Shown here in pieces: positions 1 through 11,360 of a stretch of 64,000 bases of DNA. The translations under genes and the position numbers were made by a program. A model generated the notes under the pieces. The model had not been told where the DNA came from, made no database searches, and saw nothing but the letters and a program-made list of their open reading frames with translations. This DNA is from an uncultured delta proteobacterium (GTDB taxonomy: Bacteria; Desulfobacterota; WTBG01). The first letter of the stretch is position 1; the number at the start of each line of letters is the position of its first letter. The stretch spans positions 1,056,001-1,120,000 of the forward strand of contig CAWCBP010000001.1 in NCBI GenBank assembly GCA_963793865.1, read 5' to 3'.

Positions 1-28
1 AGGAAAAATCGGCCAATCGTTTACGGTT

Positions 29-1207
29 TTAACGTCCGGCGTGCTGAAATCTCTTGCGCGCCCGGTGAACAGAATCGGCAATTCCTTTCCCCATGAAGGA
101 TTTGAAGAAGGGAACGGCCAGGCGAAGCGGCATCTGCGGAAAGGAATGGCGGCAAGCCAGGATGACGCAGCGCCGGAAATTCTCCATGTCGTCCTGATGA
201 TAATATTCCCAGGCCAGCTGGCGATAGTGGTCGCTGAATACAGTGCCCCGGGCATGTCCTTTCCCGTGACCCGAGCAGTTCCAATATTCCCGTAACGTAC
301 CCAGGGCCAGCGATTCCCTTTCCCGTAAAGCATTGCCGCGAATCGTGAATCGGTTTGAAGGATCGCGTTCAAGCGCCTGAAGGAGCAGTTTCCTGAACTG
401 TGGTGCATCATTCCGCTCAAAGTATTGCCACGCAAAGTGGATCAGATGATTGCTGTAGATCCTTTTTCGCAGATCGGCACTTCCCCCGCCCTTTTCAAAG
501 AGCGGCAGGTATTTATCCAGAATGGCAAAGGTATCCTTTGCCATGCCGCTTATATCGCCATGCATGTTATTTTCATGAATCACGTATTGCACCAGGGGGC
601 GGTTAACAAAATCGACCTTACCATTCCGCGCCATGCGTATCCACAGGTCCCAGTCGGCACATGATGAAAGGCCGGCGTCGAACATGCCGCTCGCGCGGAG
701 AACCGCACGGGGGAAAATCGCAACCGAAGCGGGACCGAGGAGGCAATTCTGATAAAGCATGGCCTCGAAGATTTGACCCCTCTGTGACGGCCTTATCTCC
801 TCGATCAGCTCACCGCGGCTGTTCACCTTCATGGTTCCGCAATATGCCAATGACAGCTCCGGGTCCTTTTTCAGCAGCTCCACCTGCAGCGCCAGCTTTT
901 CGGGAAGCCACAGGTCATCATCATCGAGAATGGCAATATAAGTCCCCCGCGATGCTTCTATTCCCCTGTTGCGGGCATTTGCCAGACCCTTATTAACCGA
1001 TTGAGAGATATACTGTATCCTGTCCCCATAGTGCTTCTTTAAAAATTCACCGGTATTATCAGTGCTGCCGTCGTCAACAACAATGATTTCATAATCAGTA
1101 AAGGTTTGCGCTAAAACGCTGTCAACTGATCGCGCTATAATATGCCCGCGATTAAAGGTCGGGATGATTACGCTTACCAGGGGTTTTTGACTGCTTATAT
1201 TTTTCAT
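29..1207 (-). CDS. GT2 family glycosyltransferase with helical C-terminal extension
   Basis: VSVIIPTFNR, IIVVDDGSTD, ARNRG, ILDDDD (DxD) and DWDLWIR motifs of GT-A/GT2. Confidence 0.9.
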   Translation of the reverse strand: MKNISSQKPLVSVIIPTFNRGHIIARSVDSVLAQTFTDYEIIVVDDGSTDNTGEFLKKHYGDRIQYISQSVNKGLANARNRGIEASRGTYIAILDDDDLWLPEKLALQVELLKKDPELSLAYCGTMKVNSRGELIEEIRPSQRGQIFEAMLYQNCLLGPASVAIFPRAVLRASGMFDAGLSSCADWDLWIRMARNGKVDFVNRPLVQYVIHENNMHGDISGMAKDTFAILDKYLPLFEKGGGSADLRKRIYSNHLIHFAWQYFERNDAPQFRKLLLQALERDPSNRFTIRGNALRERESLALGTLREYWNCSGHGKGHARGTVFSDHYRQLAWEYYHQDDMENFRRCVILACRHSFPQMPLRLAVPFFKSFMGKGIADSVHRARKRFQHAGR

Positions 1208-1261
1208 ATATATTAGATTGTTACGGGCTCACAGCTGAGAATTATCCTGAAACATTGATAA

Positions 1262-1328
1262 CCGGTATGAGCGGCTTGAAGCCGCGAATGCATCGCGCCT
1301 GAAGGCGCTCCTACGAAAATTCAAATAT
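1262..1328. repeat. REP doublet (REPIN-like hairpin), copy 1
   Basis: GTATGAGCGGCTTGAAGCCGCGA facing an inverted GTAGGAGCGCCTTCAGGCGCGA; near-identical copy at 16901-16966. Confidence 0.8.
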
Positions 1329-1334
1329 GTTTGG

Positions 1335-2099
1335 TTAGACATCAGTCCTGCAGATACCGAAATTTTTCACAACCCCCGAGCATTTCAAGCGGTGACGCGT
1401 AATAAAATGATCCCAGGCATTTGACATCAGAATGTCATGTGAACAGATAACACCGCCGGCTTTCCCCATATGCCGGTAAAAAAGCTCATATTCAGCCGTC
1501 ATGTGCTCATAGGTGTGCAGGCTGTCGTGAACGAAAAAATCAATGCCATTTGCTATTGCTGCTATCTCCGGTATGAGCAAGAGGCTGCTGCCGTAACGGA
1601 GGTTGAGCCTGCTTTGCAAGTCATCCGGCACCAGACATCCGATGTGGGTGCGATCCGAGGCAGCATCCATTGAATGGAGGAAACCGCAACCGTTTTTCTC
1701 CATGGCGGAAAGTATGTACGTTGCCGAGGCGCCGGCCGCAGTCCCTGTTTCCAGCGCTACCATGGGTTTACAGATGCGGATTGCCGCGTAGAGGGTGATA
1801 CGGTCGGTTCTGCCCATGGGGTTGCCGATCTCATCCGGACTGACTTCCGGCTGCCGGATCCGTTCGTTGAAATCAATCGCCTCCGCTTCCGCCACGTAAC
1901 TTTTTATTTCCTCAGTTTCCCTGCCGAAAATCCGGCTCAGCTGTCGCTCCCGTTCCTCAGGAATATGAGAGGCATGCATCTTCTGCTTAAAATATGAAAA
2001 TTCAACGTCTGTGTAGCTCACCGGAAGTCCGAGCTTATTTTTAAGACGCTTCGTGTTGAGAGCAACCCGCTGATTGAAAGTAAGGGTACCCTGGTTCAT
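1335..2099 (-). CDS. Class I SAM-dependent methyltransferase (Methyltransf_24-like)
   Basis: ETGTAAGASA SAM motif and IDFFVHDSLHTYEH...HDI; start placed at ATG 2099, which overlaps the upstream stop (ATGA). Confidence 0.8.
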   Translation of the reverse strand: MNQGTLTFNQRVALNTKRLKNKLGLPVSYTDVEFSYFKQKMHASHIPEERERQLSRIFGRETEEIKSYVAEAEAIDFNERIRQPEVSPDEIGNPMGRTDRITLYAAIRICKPMVALETGTAAGASATYILSAMEKNGCGFLHSMDAASDRTHIGCLVPDDLQSRLNLRYGSSLLLIPEIAAIANGIDFFVHDSLHTYEHMTAEYELFYRHMGKAGGVICSHDILMSNAWDHFITRHRLKCSGVVKNFGICRTDV

Positions 2100-3345
2100 A
2101 GAATGTGCGTGGGGGAGCATAAATCCCTCTCCCTCTTTTTTGCGCTCATGGAAGACTGCTCTACAACTGATTGTGCATACGCAAGAAACGCGCGAACGGT
2201 CTCTTCGGGGGCATAGGCCTGCACAGCGACCTTCGCAGCACGGCCAATCGCATCCAGGCGGGGGTGTATCCAGGCCTCGCACAGCTTGTGGCCAAGAGCG
2301 TGGCTGTCACCCGGAGGAACCAAAAAGCCTGATTCCCCGTCCGCTATCATTTCCTCAAAGCTTGCCCCCCGCGTCCCCACAACCGGCTTTCCCAATGCCA
2401 TGGCTTCCAGGCAGGCGTTGGGCAGGTTATCAATCAGCGAGGGCAGAACTACCATGCGTGCCCCCTGGATAACCGGGTAAAGCTGCTCGTGGGGAATCTG
2501 GCCTATGAAGATCAGCCTGTCCGCAAACCCGGCGCAACGGGAGATGACGTAGTCTTTCATGGACGAAGCCAGCCGGGTAGGAATATCCATCCCGACAATG
2601 GCGACATAACCTTCAGGGTTGGCCTTGAAAAATCCGGGCAGTGCCTCTGCCAGTATGTGAATACCCTTGTGAAGCTGGAGGCGGCCGAAAAAAAGGAGGT
2701 ACTGCTTACCCTGCAGCATTCCTTCATACACCGAACTATCCCAGGCATCGGTTTCCAGAAAAAAGGGCGTCCTCAGCACACGGACCGTTCCGGCAGATGT
2801 CTTTTCTTCCAGTATCCTGCTAAGAGCATGGCTCGGCGCATAAATGTTGCCGCTTACCATCAGCTGCAGCCGTTCCAAAAACTCAACCGCCCTCATATCC
2901 ATAGTTCGGCGTACTCCCTGATGCTCATGCCACGCCGGGGTAAAGGTTGAAAAACGCAGCATGAATGGAATCTTCAGCAGGATGCTGGAGACGAGTCCGC
3001 AGGAGTTATAATTAGCGTACTGAACGATGTCAAAGGGTCGGCGTGTGTGCAATTGCTTCAGCTTGGCATAGAAACTGTAACTGAGTGCCAGCAGCTTCAT
3101 GGTCGAGCGCAGTTTAAAGAAGCTGAACCTGTTTAACCATGAAATCCGCTTCGCACTGTTGTTGATCCGTGAGACATATATACCTTGATGCTCAAATTCT
3201 GCCGGCGGCTCTTCCGATAAGGTTATGACATGAACCTCATGTCCCATGCTGACCAGTGCCAATGAGATTCTATAGATATAATTCGCCAGGCCACCGCTGA
3301 AGTAGCGCTCGGTCACAATTCGGGTGTCAGAAAAACGATCCTCAT
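2096..3345 (-). CDS. GT4 glycosyltransferase (frameshift near 3318)
   Basis: MRIVFLTPE/VTERYFSGGLANY N-terminus split by a 1-nt shift; FFGRLQLHKG and DNLPNACLEAMALGKPVV. Confidence 0.85.
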
Positions 3346-3357
3346 GCCACCGCCCTC

Positions 3358-4503
3358 TCAGCGACCGGCCGGCCGGCGCAAAAGCGGCGATAGTACGGCA
3401 CGCGCCCGATCCCTCCATGAATAGGGAGATACGTCCCTTCGTGCAGCCTTCCCCAGGCTCGTGGCATATTTTTCGTCAGCCATGATGGTTCTGATAGCCG
3501 CCGTCAGTGCCGAACCATCTCCGGGCTGTATCAGACAGGCATTGCAACCATGCTGCAGATGCACCCTGATCGCCGGAAGGTCAGTTGCCACAATGGGCCG
3601 GCTCGAGGCCATATACTCAAACATCTTCATGGGCGACATCCATGCGGCTGTTTCGCAGTTTGCAGGATAGGGCATGAGCAGCACATCACTCGCCTTGAGG
3701 TACTCGGGTACCCGGCAGTTGGGCATAAAGCCGGTAAAATGAAGATTGCTGAGTCCCGCCGCTTGCGCTTTGATTCTGGCAATATCCTCTTCCCAGCCGC
3801 CGACAAGCAAAAAACAAACAGATGGCAGTTCCCGGGCGCTCTGCACTATTTCTTCAATCCCCCGATCGCGGTATAAATGCCCACAGTAGGTGGCGATATA
3901 TGCGTCATCCGGTAAACCGAGACGCTTTCTCAAAATCATCCTGTCGGGCAGCAGGTCAAAGGCATCAACATCAACTGCATCAGGCCATACAAATATTTTA
4001 TCAGAAGGAATGCCTGACTGTGCATAAAGATCCTTTAATGTATCAGTAATGGTAACGACACCGACCAATTCCGGCTTATGCGCAACTGCCAGAATGTGAT
4101 GCAGCTCTGAATGCTCGCCGCCCATATGCAGTTCAATGACTGTCTTCAGCCCCAGGTTGACGCACAGCCGGCCCGCGTTGGCTGAACGGGTGTACACCAG
4201 ATCAGGTGACTTAAACCATGCATAGAGCGATGCTGCGCGGTCAAACCGTGGACATTTCCACCAGCTGAAAAAAGGCTCACGCACTCTCCAGAAAAGTGGA
4301 AGGCGTACCATGGCAAAACTGTTGTTGATGCCGTACCAGTCAGCGCAATCGGGTATCTCACACCTCGCTGAAAGCAACCCGCCTGAAGTAACCAGGGTAA
4401 GAGAATCCACTTCACCGGCAAGCGCATCAGCCATCTTCATGGCCTGGAAGGTGTGCGCCCATTTGGAAGGGATGTTTCCCTGGGAAACGTACATGAGATT
4501 CAT
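3358..4503 (-). CDS. GT4 glycosyltransferase
   Basis: YCGHLYRDRG and SPMKMFEYMASSRPIVATD GT-B motifs. Confidence 0.9.
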   Translation of the reverse strand: MNLMYVSQGNIPSKWAHTFQAMKMADALAGEVDSLTLVTSGGLLSARCEIPDCADWYGINNSFAMVRLPLFWRVREPFFSWWKCPRFDRAASLYAWFKSPDLVYTRSANAGRLCVNLGLKTVIELHMGGEHSELHHILAVAHKPELVGVVTITDTLKDLYAQSGIPSDKIFVWPDAVDVDAFDLLPDRMILRKRLGLPDDAYIATYCGHLYRDRGIEEIVQSARELPSVCFLLVGGWEEDIARIKAQAAGLSNLHFTGFMPNCRVPEYLKASDVLLMPYPANCETAAWMSPMKMFEYMASSRPIVATDLPAIRVHLQHGCNACLIQPGDGSALTAAIRTIMADEKYATSLGKAARRDVSPYSWRDRARAVLSPLLRRPAGR

Positions 4504-5374
4504 ATACCCGCTTCCTTACGAGCTCAACCACACTGTTCAAGTAACTTCCGGTGGAAGCCTTTTGACCGCCTGTAACATCAGCTGAAGCATAACCGTATTC
4601 GATGTTGAGAGCACCACCGATTTTCCGGAATCGACGGAGCTGGCGGGGGGTCAGTTCCTTTTTCCAGCGTTCATCCCGGAAGGATGCCGGGTCCTGACTT
4701 CCATAAAATTCCTTATCCTTGGGGTTCCCCTCCTTCCCGAAATAGCGCTGAACAAATGACATGGTCCCACGGTTTCCATCAACGATATGATGTTTTACCT
4801 TCCAGTACTCAATCATGTCCTCTCTATAATCAATACCTAAAAAGGCACATATACTTCGAAGTGTAGCCGGCGTATGCTCAAGCAAATTCTCATATTTTAC
4901 CACCATGCGGTTTTCCGGCGGAATCTGCAAAAACCACTTGTCGTTTTCACGCGCGCTGAATACCCATTGCCTGACGATTTCATCATATTGGCGTGAGGGA
5001 TATTTTCGCGCGTAGCTCGCGGTAACCGCCCTGCCATCCCGCAACAGGCGTATCACTTTAAGGCGAATCCGTTCATCATCAATCTGCCCGCGAAACTTTT
5101 CCAGCTTGCTGATAGAAAGGATGCCGGCACCGCTATAATCAGCGAGCTGGGTAAACATATTGCGCTCCGGCGACCATGCCTTGTTGAATTCGCTCCAAAA
5201 CTCGCAGCTTTCACCGCAGAGCATACAGGCATGGTCCAGGCTTGAAAGGCCATACAGCTCGTCGACTTCACCCAGCGATATTGCCCGCGGGTGGGAACCG
5301 ATCAAAAGCGAGAGCCAGGTCTGTCCCGAATGGCCCGGTGAAGCTATGACGGCAAGGGTGACGGGTTGATTCAT
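4427..5374 (-). CDS. Sulfotransferase family protein
   Basis: PAPS-binding-like SPGHSGQTWL, RLLRDGRAVTASY and VKYENL; 3' end overlaps the next gene, so the true end may be near 4500. Confidence 0.8.
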   Translation of the reverse strand: MNQPVTLAVIASPGHSGQTWLSLLIGSHPRAISLGEVDELYGLSSLDHACMLCGESCEFWSEFNKAWSPERNMFTQLADYSGAGILSISKLEKFRGQIDDERIRLKVIRLLRDGRAVTASYARKYPSRQYDEIVRQWVFSARENDKWFLQIPPENRMVVKYENLLEHTPATLRSICAFLGIDYREDMIEYWKVKHHIVDGNRGTMSFVQRYFGKEGNPKDKEFYGSQDPASFRDERWKKELTPRQLRRFRKIGGALNIEYGYASADVTGGQKASTGSYLNSVVELVRKRVYESHVRFPGKHPFQMGAHLPGHEDG

Positions 5375-7185
5375 GCGCGATCACCACATGAGGAGTGCGC
5401 CCAGCGCGAGTGCCAGGCATCGAAAAGGAGAATCTGCCACAAGCGATTTATGGCCACCCCATTTGCCTGCCTGGCAAGGCCAATGATATATTCTCTTCTG
5501 ATCAAACCGCTCTTCACGCCCGATCCGTCCATAAGAAAATTAAGCAGCATGTTTTCATTAAAAAAATGATGGAGCGGGATGCTGAAGCCGCGCTTTCTCT
5601 TGGTGATCGTTCTTTCAGGCAGCCTGCCGCTCATCAGCTTCTTGAGCATGTATTTTCTTTCACCACCCGGTGCGTATGCATCGACCGGCAGGCTAAAAAC
5701 AAGCTCAACCAGGGGTTTGTCCAGAAAAGGAACTCTCAATTCCAGTGAGTTGGCCATGCTTGCCCTGTCCACCTTGGTCAGGTATTGCTCCGGAAGAATG
5801 GTCAGGAAATCGAGCGCCTGCCATCTTTTAGGAGAGGGCAGATCCGGCCGATAATGCTGGTCAAGAAACCATTCCTGATGCGCATCTATTTCAGCATGGA
5901 TGTCGTCATGCAGCAGGTGCTTCAGGTCTTCACTCTCCAGCAAAGGATGCATGCCTTTCTGGTATTCCCTTGTCGCCCCTGGCCCCGCAGCGGAAACGCC
6001 CAGCGCTGCTCCCAAACGGTTTATCCAGGTTCCGCCTGCCATGACCGCAGGAGGTTCAAAATAGCGGTTATATCCCGCAAAAAGTTCGTCCCCGCCATCC
6101 CCCGCCAAAGCCACCTTCATGTGCTTTCTGGCAAGCCGCGATACCAGGAAGCTCGGAAACATGGAACCATCGCCGAACGGCTCATCATAGAACCAGCTGA
6201 GTTCCGGCAGAAGCCCAAGGATATCTGGTTTAACCATCTCTTCGTGCAATTCCATCGAGTATTGTTCTGCCACCAAAGCGGCATCAGGCAGTTCGTTATA
6301 CCAGTCATCGTCAACCTCAAAACCGGCCGCGAATGCGCTGGCGCGCCTGCCCGCATGATGCATATAGTAGGCAATGGTGCTGGAGTCCAGTCCGCCGCTT
6401 AAAAGCAGGCCCAGGGGTACATCACTGACAAGATGCATCTTTACCGATTCTGCAAGCGCTTCGCTGACCCGGTTGAACGCATTTTCATCCATGCCTTGGG
6501 ACGCATCAAAGGACGGCTCCCAGTATCTCCTGACCGTGCTGCGGCCTTCCCTAAAGGTTAGAAGCGATGCAGGGGGGAGTTTAAACATCCCCTCCCAGAT
6601 GGTTCGGGGAGAGGGAATGTAGCGGTAGAAAAAGAAGTCGCAGAGTGCATGCGTATTAATCTTTCGCTGAACCTGTGGACAGGCAATAATGGCCTTGAGT
6701 TCCGATGCAAATATGAGTTGGGCAGGATCTTGGTAGTAATAAAGCGGCTTAATGCCGAAATGATCTCTCGCCAGCAGCAGCTGGTTCCTGTTGCTGTCCC
6801 AGATGCCGAACGCAAACATGCCCCTGAGTCTGTGGACGCATTCCTCACCCCACTCCTCGTAACCATGAACGATTACCTCGGTGTCTGATCGGGATGCAAA
6901 TCGGTGGCCTTTGGCCTGCAATATTTCACGCAATTCTTTATAATTGTATATTTCACCATTGCAGGTAATCCAAATGCTGCCGTCTTCGTTGCTCATGGGC
7001 TGCTTGCCGTTTTCAGTAAGATCAATGACTGCCAGCCTGCGGTGGCCAAGCGCGGAGCAGCCGCCAGAAAAATAGTAGCAGCCCTCGCCATCAGGACCCC
7101 GGTGCGACAGGGTATTGAGCATGCTACTGAAACATGAGGGGTCAATTTTTGTGCGGCAGTTAATCTGCCCGAGAATTCCGCACAT
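5371..7185 (-). CDS. asnB: Asparagine synthase (glutamine-hydrolysing)-family amidotransferase, probably glycan amidation
   Basis: MCGI N-terminal Ntn Cys, HRGPD, GHRRL, LSGGLDSS, GDGGDELFAGY, KVDRASMANSLELRVPFLD. Confidence 0.92.
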   Translation of the reverse strand: MCGILGQINCRTKIDPSCFSSMLNTLSHRGPDGEGCYYFSGGCSALGHRRLAVIDLTENGKQPMSNEDGSIWITCNGEIYNYKELREILQAKGHRFASRSDTEVIVHGYEEWGEECVHRLRGMFAFGIWDSNRNQLLLARDHFGIKPLYYYQDPAQLIFASELKAIIACPQVQRKINTHALCDFFFYRYIPSPRTIWEGMFKLPPASLLTFREGRSTVRRYWEPSFDASQGMDENAFNRVSEALAESVKMHLVSDVPLGLLLSGGLDSSTIAYYMHHAGRRASAFAAGFEVDDDWYNELPDAALVAEQYSMELHEEMVKPDILGLLPELSWFYDEPFGDGSMFPSFLVSRLARKHMKVALAGDGGDELFAGYNRYFEPPAVMAGGTWINRLGAALGVSAAGPGATREYQKGMHPLLESEDLKHLLHDDIHAEIDAHQEWFLDQHYRPDLPSPKRWQALDFLTILPEQYLTKVDRASMANSLELRVPFLDKPLVELVFSLPVDAYAPGGERKYMLKKLMSGRLPERTITKRKRGFSIPLHHFFNENMLLNFLMDGSGVKSGLIRREYIIGLARQANGVAINRLWQILLFDAWHSRWAHSSCGDRA

Positions 7186-7186
7186 T

Positions 7187-8170
7187 CTAGTTATCTCTAC
7201 CTACGCCGCGCATATTGTTCTGGATTATGGTCCGCAACACCGTGATTGTCGGCATCTCCACCACCTCAAAGGGCATATGCAACAGCTTGCCTGCGGTGTC
7301 TTTCATGACCTTTGCACTTAACGGCCGGTCATATCTCGGACTCAGCGAGTCAAAGGTGTCATGTATGCCGTATTCGATAAGCTGCTCAGAAGACAGCTTT
7401 TTGAGCCTTGGGTGGTCCCGGTGATTACGGAAGGGAATTAAAAAATGATTAACAATATGACCCTTGGGAAGCCTGGCTATGGCGGAAGTAAGCGCGAAAG
7501 CGGCAGGCGCGTAATTAGTAATAATAGTATAGAGCACTTTCGCGTTCATACGCGTGGTGATGGGCCTGATGAGGTATTTCCAGGTAAAGTATTGGTAAAA
7601 AGTCCGCGCGTAGGAATGGACAAAAACCGCACCGTCATGCTTAACGAACTGCAATATATGTCTCAGGGTATAAGCAGGATCCGGGGTATGCTGCAGCACC
7701 CGATGGCAAAAAACGATATCAAATGCCATTTTCTTCAGGGGCAAATCTGTGATGTCCGCCTGGACCATGCAAAGGTTTTCACATAATCCCAAATTGTCCC
7801 GGGCAATATCAAGGCCGCTAAGGTCCACAGCAATTACACGGGCCCCTAATGAAAGAAGTACCTCTGTATCAGGGCCGACGCCGCAGCCGCACTCCAGGAC
7901 TGTTTTTCCCCGGAAATAGGATGGCGGCCAATTAGTTCTCTCAAGAATGGTGTCATATCGATCGGCAGTTCCATTATATGAATCCAGCTGGAGCTTCGGA
8001 TGATGTTTCCTTAGCCTTGAAAAATTGCCGCTGGCATAGCTTCCATCCGGGGTAAAGCGCGGAATGCCATTTCGCACGAGAACCCTGTGCTCGCCAAAGG
8101 CAAGAGCATCCGTCTCCATGACAGCCGGCAAACCCCTGTATTCAAAACATTCGACAAAATGCTCCATCAT
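7187..8170 (-). CDS. Class I SAM-dependent methyltransferase
   Basis: VLECGCGVG, FDIVFCHRVLQHTPDP; N-terminal VRNGIPRF remnant resembling Trm112. Confidence 0.85.
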   Translation of the reverse strand: MMEHFVECFEYRGLPAVMETDALAFGEHRVLVRNGIPRFTPDGSYASGNFSRLRKHHPKLQLDSYNGTADRYDTILERTNWPPSYFRGKTVLECGCGVGPDTEVLLSLGARVIAVDLSGLDIARDNLGLCENLCMVQADITDLPLKKMAFDIVFCHRVLQHTPDPAYTLRHILQFVKHDGAVFVHSYARTFYQYFTWKYLIRPITTRMNAKVLYTIITNYAPAAFALTSAIARLPKGHIVNHFLIPFRNHRDHPRLKKLSSEQLIEYGIHDTFDSLSPRYDRPLSAKVMKDTAGKLLHMPFEVVEMPTITVLRTIIQNNMRGVGRDN

Positions 8171-9123
8171 TGTGAGCCCATCCTGGCAGGAGCGCTGATG
8201 ACTGCGGCCTCGGGACGATCGTGGGCGGAGAGGCCGATCTTCGTCTGACCCGGCCGCAGCGGCATCAGGGCAACGATTTTATCAAGATATCCTATGCGCA
8301 CTCCCGTCTCACGAAAGCGTATAGTCCTGTGGTAATCCCCGGTCAGACCAACCCGCCAGGCATTGATATCCGACCTGAACAGCTTAACATAAGATCGGAA
8401 CAGCATGGTGGAATTCTGGATGCTCATATGCTTGTTCACCAGCCCTTTTTCTTTCCAGCGCCCGGCTGCTTCTTCTATTCTTAATCTTCCGTAGACAAGC
8501 TCCAGATCATTTTCCTGTGCATAGTGAAGAAGCGATTCAATATGGTCGGGGGTGAACATATCATCATCATCAAGTGGGGCAATCCAGTTGCCTTTGCATA
8601 AATCGAGGCCTTTATTCTTTGGCACGCTGCCCGCTACCTGCCAGAGGGCCTTCTTCCCGGATGGATACTGACCGCGCTCCGGCAAATTCAAAAAATGTAT
8701 CCTTGGATCATTGAGTGACGCAAGCAGCTGAGCGGTATTATCAGTACAGCAGTCTCCCACTATGATTATCTCAAGCTGCGGGTAGGTCTGGGTTAAGACA
8801 GAGGGTATTGTTCTGGCAGCCAATAACTCGCCGCGATTCCAGGTGGGTATTACCACACTCACCAGGGGCTTACGATCATTCGCCCAACGAACGACCTTAT
8901 GCTGCTCTCTGGAATCAAGGAGCAGACGGCGCTCATTTTTAATCAAAGGTTTTAGACGCCGGCAGTTACTCCAGTAACGGTATGTTCCTTTTGCCCTGGA
9001 GCACATGCTCTCGCTGCATACAGCGCGGCATATCGCCTCCCGCAATCTGCGAAGAGCATCAATGCCCTTTCTTATCAGCATCCCGGCCGGCGCGCTTTTA
9101 AGGTACTGCCGTAAGGCTCTCAT
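8167..9123 (-). CDS. GT2 family glycosyltransferase
   Basis: VSVVIPTWNR, IIVGDCCTD, IAPLDDDD. Confidence 0.88.
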   Translation of the reverse strand: MRALRQYLKSAPAGMLIRKGIDALRRLREAICRAVCSESMCSRAKGTYRYWSNCRRLKPLIKNERRLLLDSREQHKVVRWANDRKPLVSVVIPTWNRGELLAARTIPSVLTQTYPQLEIIIVGDCCTDNTAQLLASLNDPRIHFLNLPERGQYPSGKKALWQVAGSVPKNKGLDLCKGNWIAPLDDDDMFTPDHIESLLHYAQENDLELVYGRLRIEEAAGRWKEKGLVNKHMSIQNSTMLFRSYVKLFRSDINAWRVGLTGDYHRTIRFRETGVRIGYLDKIVALMPLRPGQTKIGLSAHDRPEAAVISAPARMGSQ

Positions 9124-10334
9124 GTCGACTCTCCGGGTCCCTGAATTGTCTTCGAATTGCGTCCGCGTGATCGAATATAAATTTTAAGAGTTCGCAGATT
9201 TTAGATATATCCCCATCACCCACCTCAGTACCTGTGGGGAGGCACAGAACGCGCTCCGCGAGGCGTTCGGTTACCGGCAGCAACAGCCCGGCGTGGGGAA
9301 AATATGAACGATATGGCTCCATGCGGTGGCAACCCGGATAAAAGTACCGGCGCGCGCGCACCCCCTCCGCGTGGAGAATGGTGAGCAGTTCATCCCTGCT
9401 AATGCCGGCCTTCTCCCGGTCAATTTCAACCACCACGTACTGGTAATTGTTTTTCTCGCCTTCGTCATAAGCCATAACGTTCATACCCCTGCAGCCTGCC
9501 AATCCCCTGCTGTAGGCATAATAGTTTTTCCTGTTACAGTCGATGAAGTGATCCATGTCTTCAAGGGAGGTGATACCCATGGCCGCCGCTATCTCACTCA
9601 TTTTGCCGTTGGTACCGATGTAAATCACGTTGTCCATACCCTTAAATCCAAAATTCTTCATCAGGCGCATCTTGTCCGCCAGTTCATCATCGTTGGTCAC
9701 CACCGCCCCTCCCTCGAAGGTATTTATGAACTTCGTGGCGTGGAAACTGAAGGTTTCGGCACAGCCAAAGCCGCCGACCATCCTGCCCCGGTGCGAACAG
9801 CAAAAGCTGTGAGAGGCATCAAAAAGCAGTTTGAGATTATGCTTCGCGGCGATCGTTTCAATTTCATCCACGCGGCAGGTGCGGCCCCAGAGATGGACAC
9901 CGATGATGCCGGTGGTGCGGGGCGTTATCAGCGCTTCAATGCGGGCAGGGTCAATGGTGTAGTCATTGGGATCAACATCACAGAATACCGGGGTTATTTC
10001 CTGCCACTGTAAACAGTGGGCGGTCGAAATAAAGGTGAAGGAAGGGATGATGACTTCACCCCTGAGATCGAGGGCGCGCGCGGCGATTTCAAGGGCCACC
10101 GTGCCATTGCACATGGCCACGCAGTGCTTCACCCCCAGGATCATCTCTATCCTTCTCTCAAAATCGTGCACATAGGGACCATTGTTGGTCAGCCAGTCCC
10201 TGTCAAGCATATCGTTAAAGCGTGACAAGAAGCCTCTCACGATTGCCTATGTTGGGACGCCCCACATGAAGCGTCCGGGCAAAGGCGGGAGCTCCGCCGA
10301 AAACTGAAAGATCTTCAATCCGGTTTTTTACCAT
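9098..10334 (-). CDS. DegT/DnrJ/EryC1/StrS sugar aminotransferase, VioA/DesI-like (frameshift near 10236)
   Basis: MVKNRIEDLSVFGGAPAF..LHVGRPNIG from ATG 10334, then WLTNNGP, SFHATKFINTFEGG (PLP Lys) and GTNGKMSE. Confidence 0.88.
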
Positions 10335-11342
10335 GTCGGACCCACATCCCGGGAAAAATCTGCATATGCCTTCATAATCTCTTCTTTTTCTTCCGGACCG
10401 ATCCGGAGCCGGTTACCGCAATCAAAACGTTCCGGACCCTTGTAGTTACAATCCAGGGTTTCAGCCTGCTGCGAAAACTTCTCTTGTATGGCGCTGAAGA
10501 CTTCTGTTGGGTTTGCGCAGAAGTCTTCATACCTCACCCGCATCCACAGTTTTTGATCAATAGCTTGGAGTCCTCTGGAAATGGCATCATTGGTAAAGTA
10601 TACCTGTCCCGCCACCTGTGCCCAGGGAGAGCATAACTTGAGCGCTTCGAATTCGGGTGGTTTGAAGGAGTACCAGGTATCTATCGTGCCGAAGTATTTC
10701 CTCCTTGATTCTAATAGCGACTGGGCCGTATACAGCGGATCACGGGTGATGTGAATGAAAAGCACCTTTTTGATGGTGCGCGCTATAAAAGGTAAAATCC
10801 AGTTAATAATGTGCGCCTTCATCAAAAGTGGCCTGTCAAATGCCGCCTCCAGTGCAGCAAGCTCGGCTAAAAAGTTCACCGTGTCTACTTTTTGCAATGC
10901 GTTCATCATCCAGCGTTTGGATTTCGCCGAATTGAAAAAAGCGCCTCCAGAAATACCAGAATTCATTGGGTGCGAGTATTCCCCTGGTTTTACCAAGATC
11001 GGAGGTAAACGTGTTCTCCGGAACATAATCGGCAAACTCGTCCCTGAAGTTGTAGCGCGGATCCGTCAGCAGTTGTTGTATGCGGGCGCCGAGGTAAGGC
11101 GCCCCATAGAAACGGGACAACAGATTTGTAGGGTAGGCAAAGCAGCCGGTTCCCGCCAGCCATTGAAGCATTAGGGTGGAACCTGCCCGGGCGCAGGCTA
11201 CAATGAGGACCACAGGATACTTAGGCTCTGAGTACCCTGCGACAATGGATTTTTCCGCTGCACAGAGCGCCTCATTCAGCTCCTTAAGCAGCATTTCAAG
11301 CTGCTCATTTCTTCTAAATGCCTGCTGCCGGTCCTGCATCAT
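10328..11342 (-). CDS. Sulfotransferase family protein (frameshifted, two ORF pieces)
   Basis: IVACARAGSTLMLQWL in 10836-11342; IHITRDP..AQS and VRYEDFC in 10328-11035. Confidence 0.8.
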
Positions 11343-11360
11343 AGCACATTACCATTTAAG

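Noticed and set aside
5371..7185. AsnB as a lasso-peptide cyclase, or the radical SAM as a RiPP maturase
   Set aside because: AsnB retains a full glutaminase domain, no precursor peptide or RRE is evident, and the context is polysaccharide biosynthesis.
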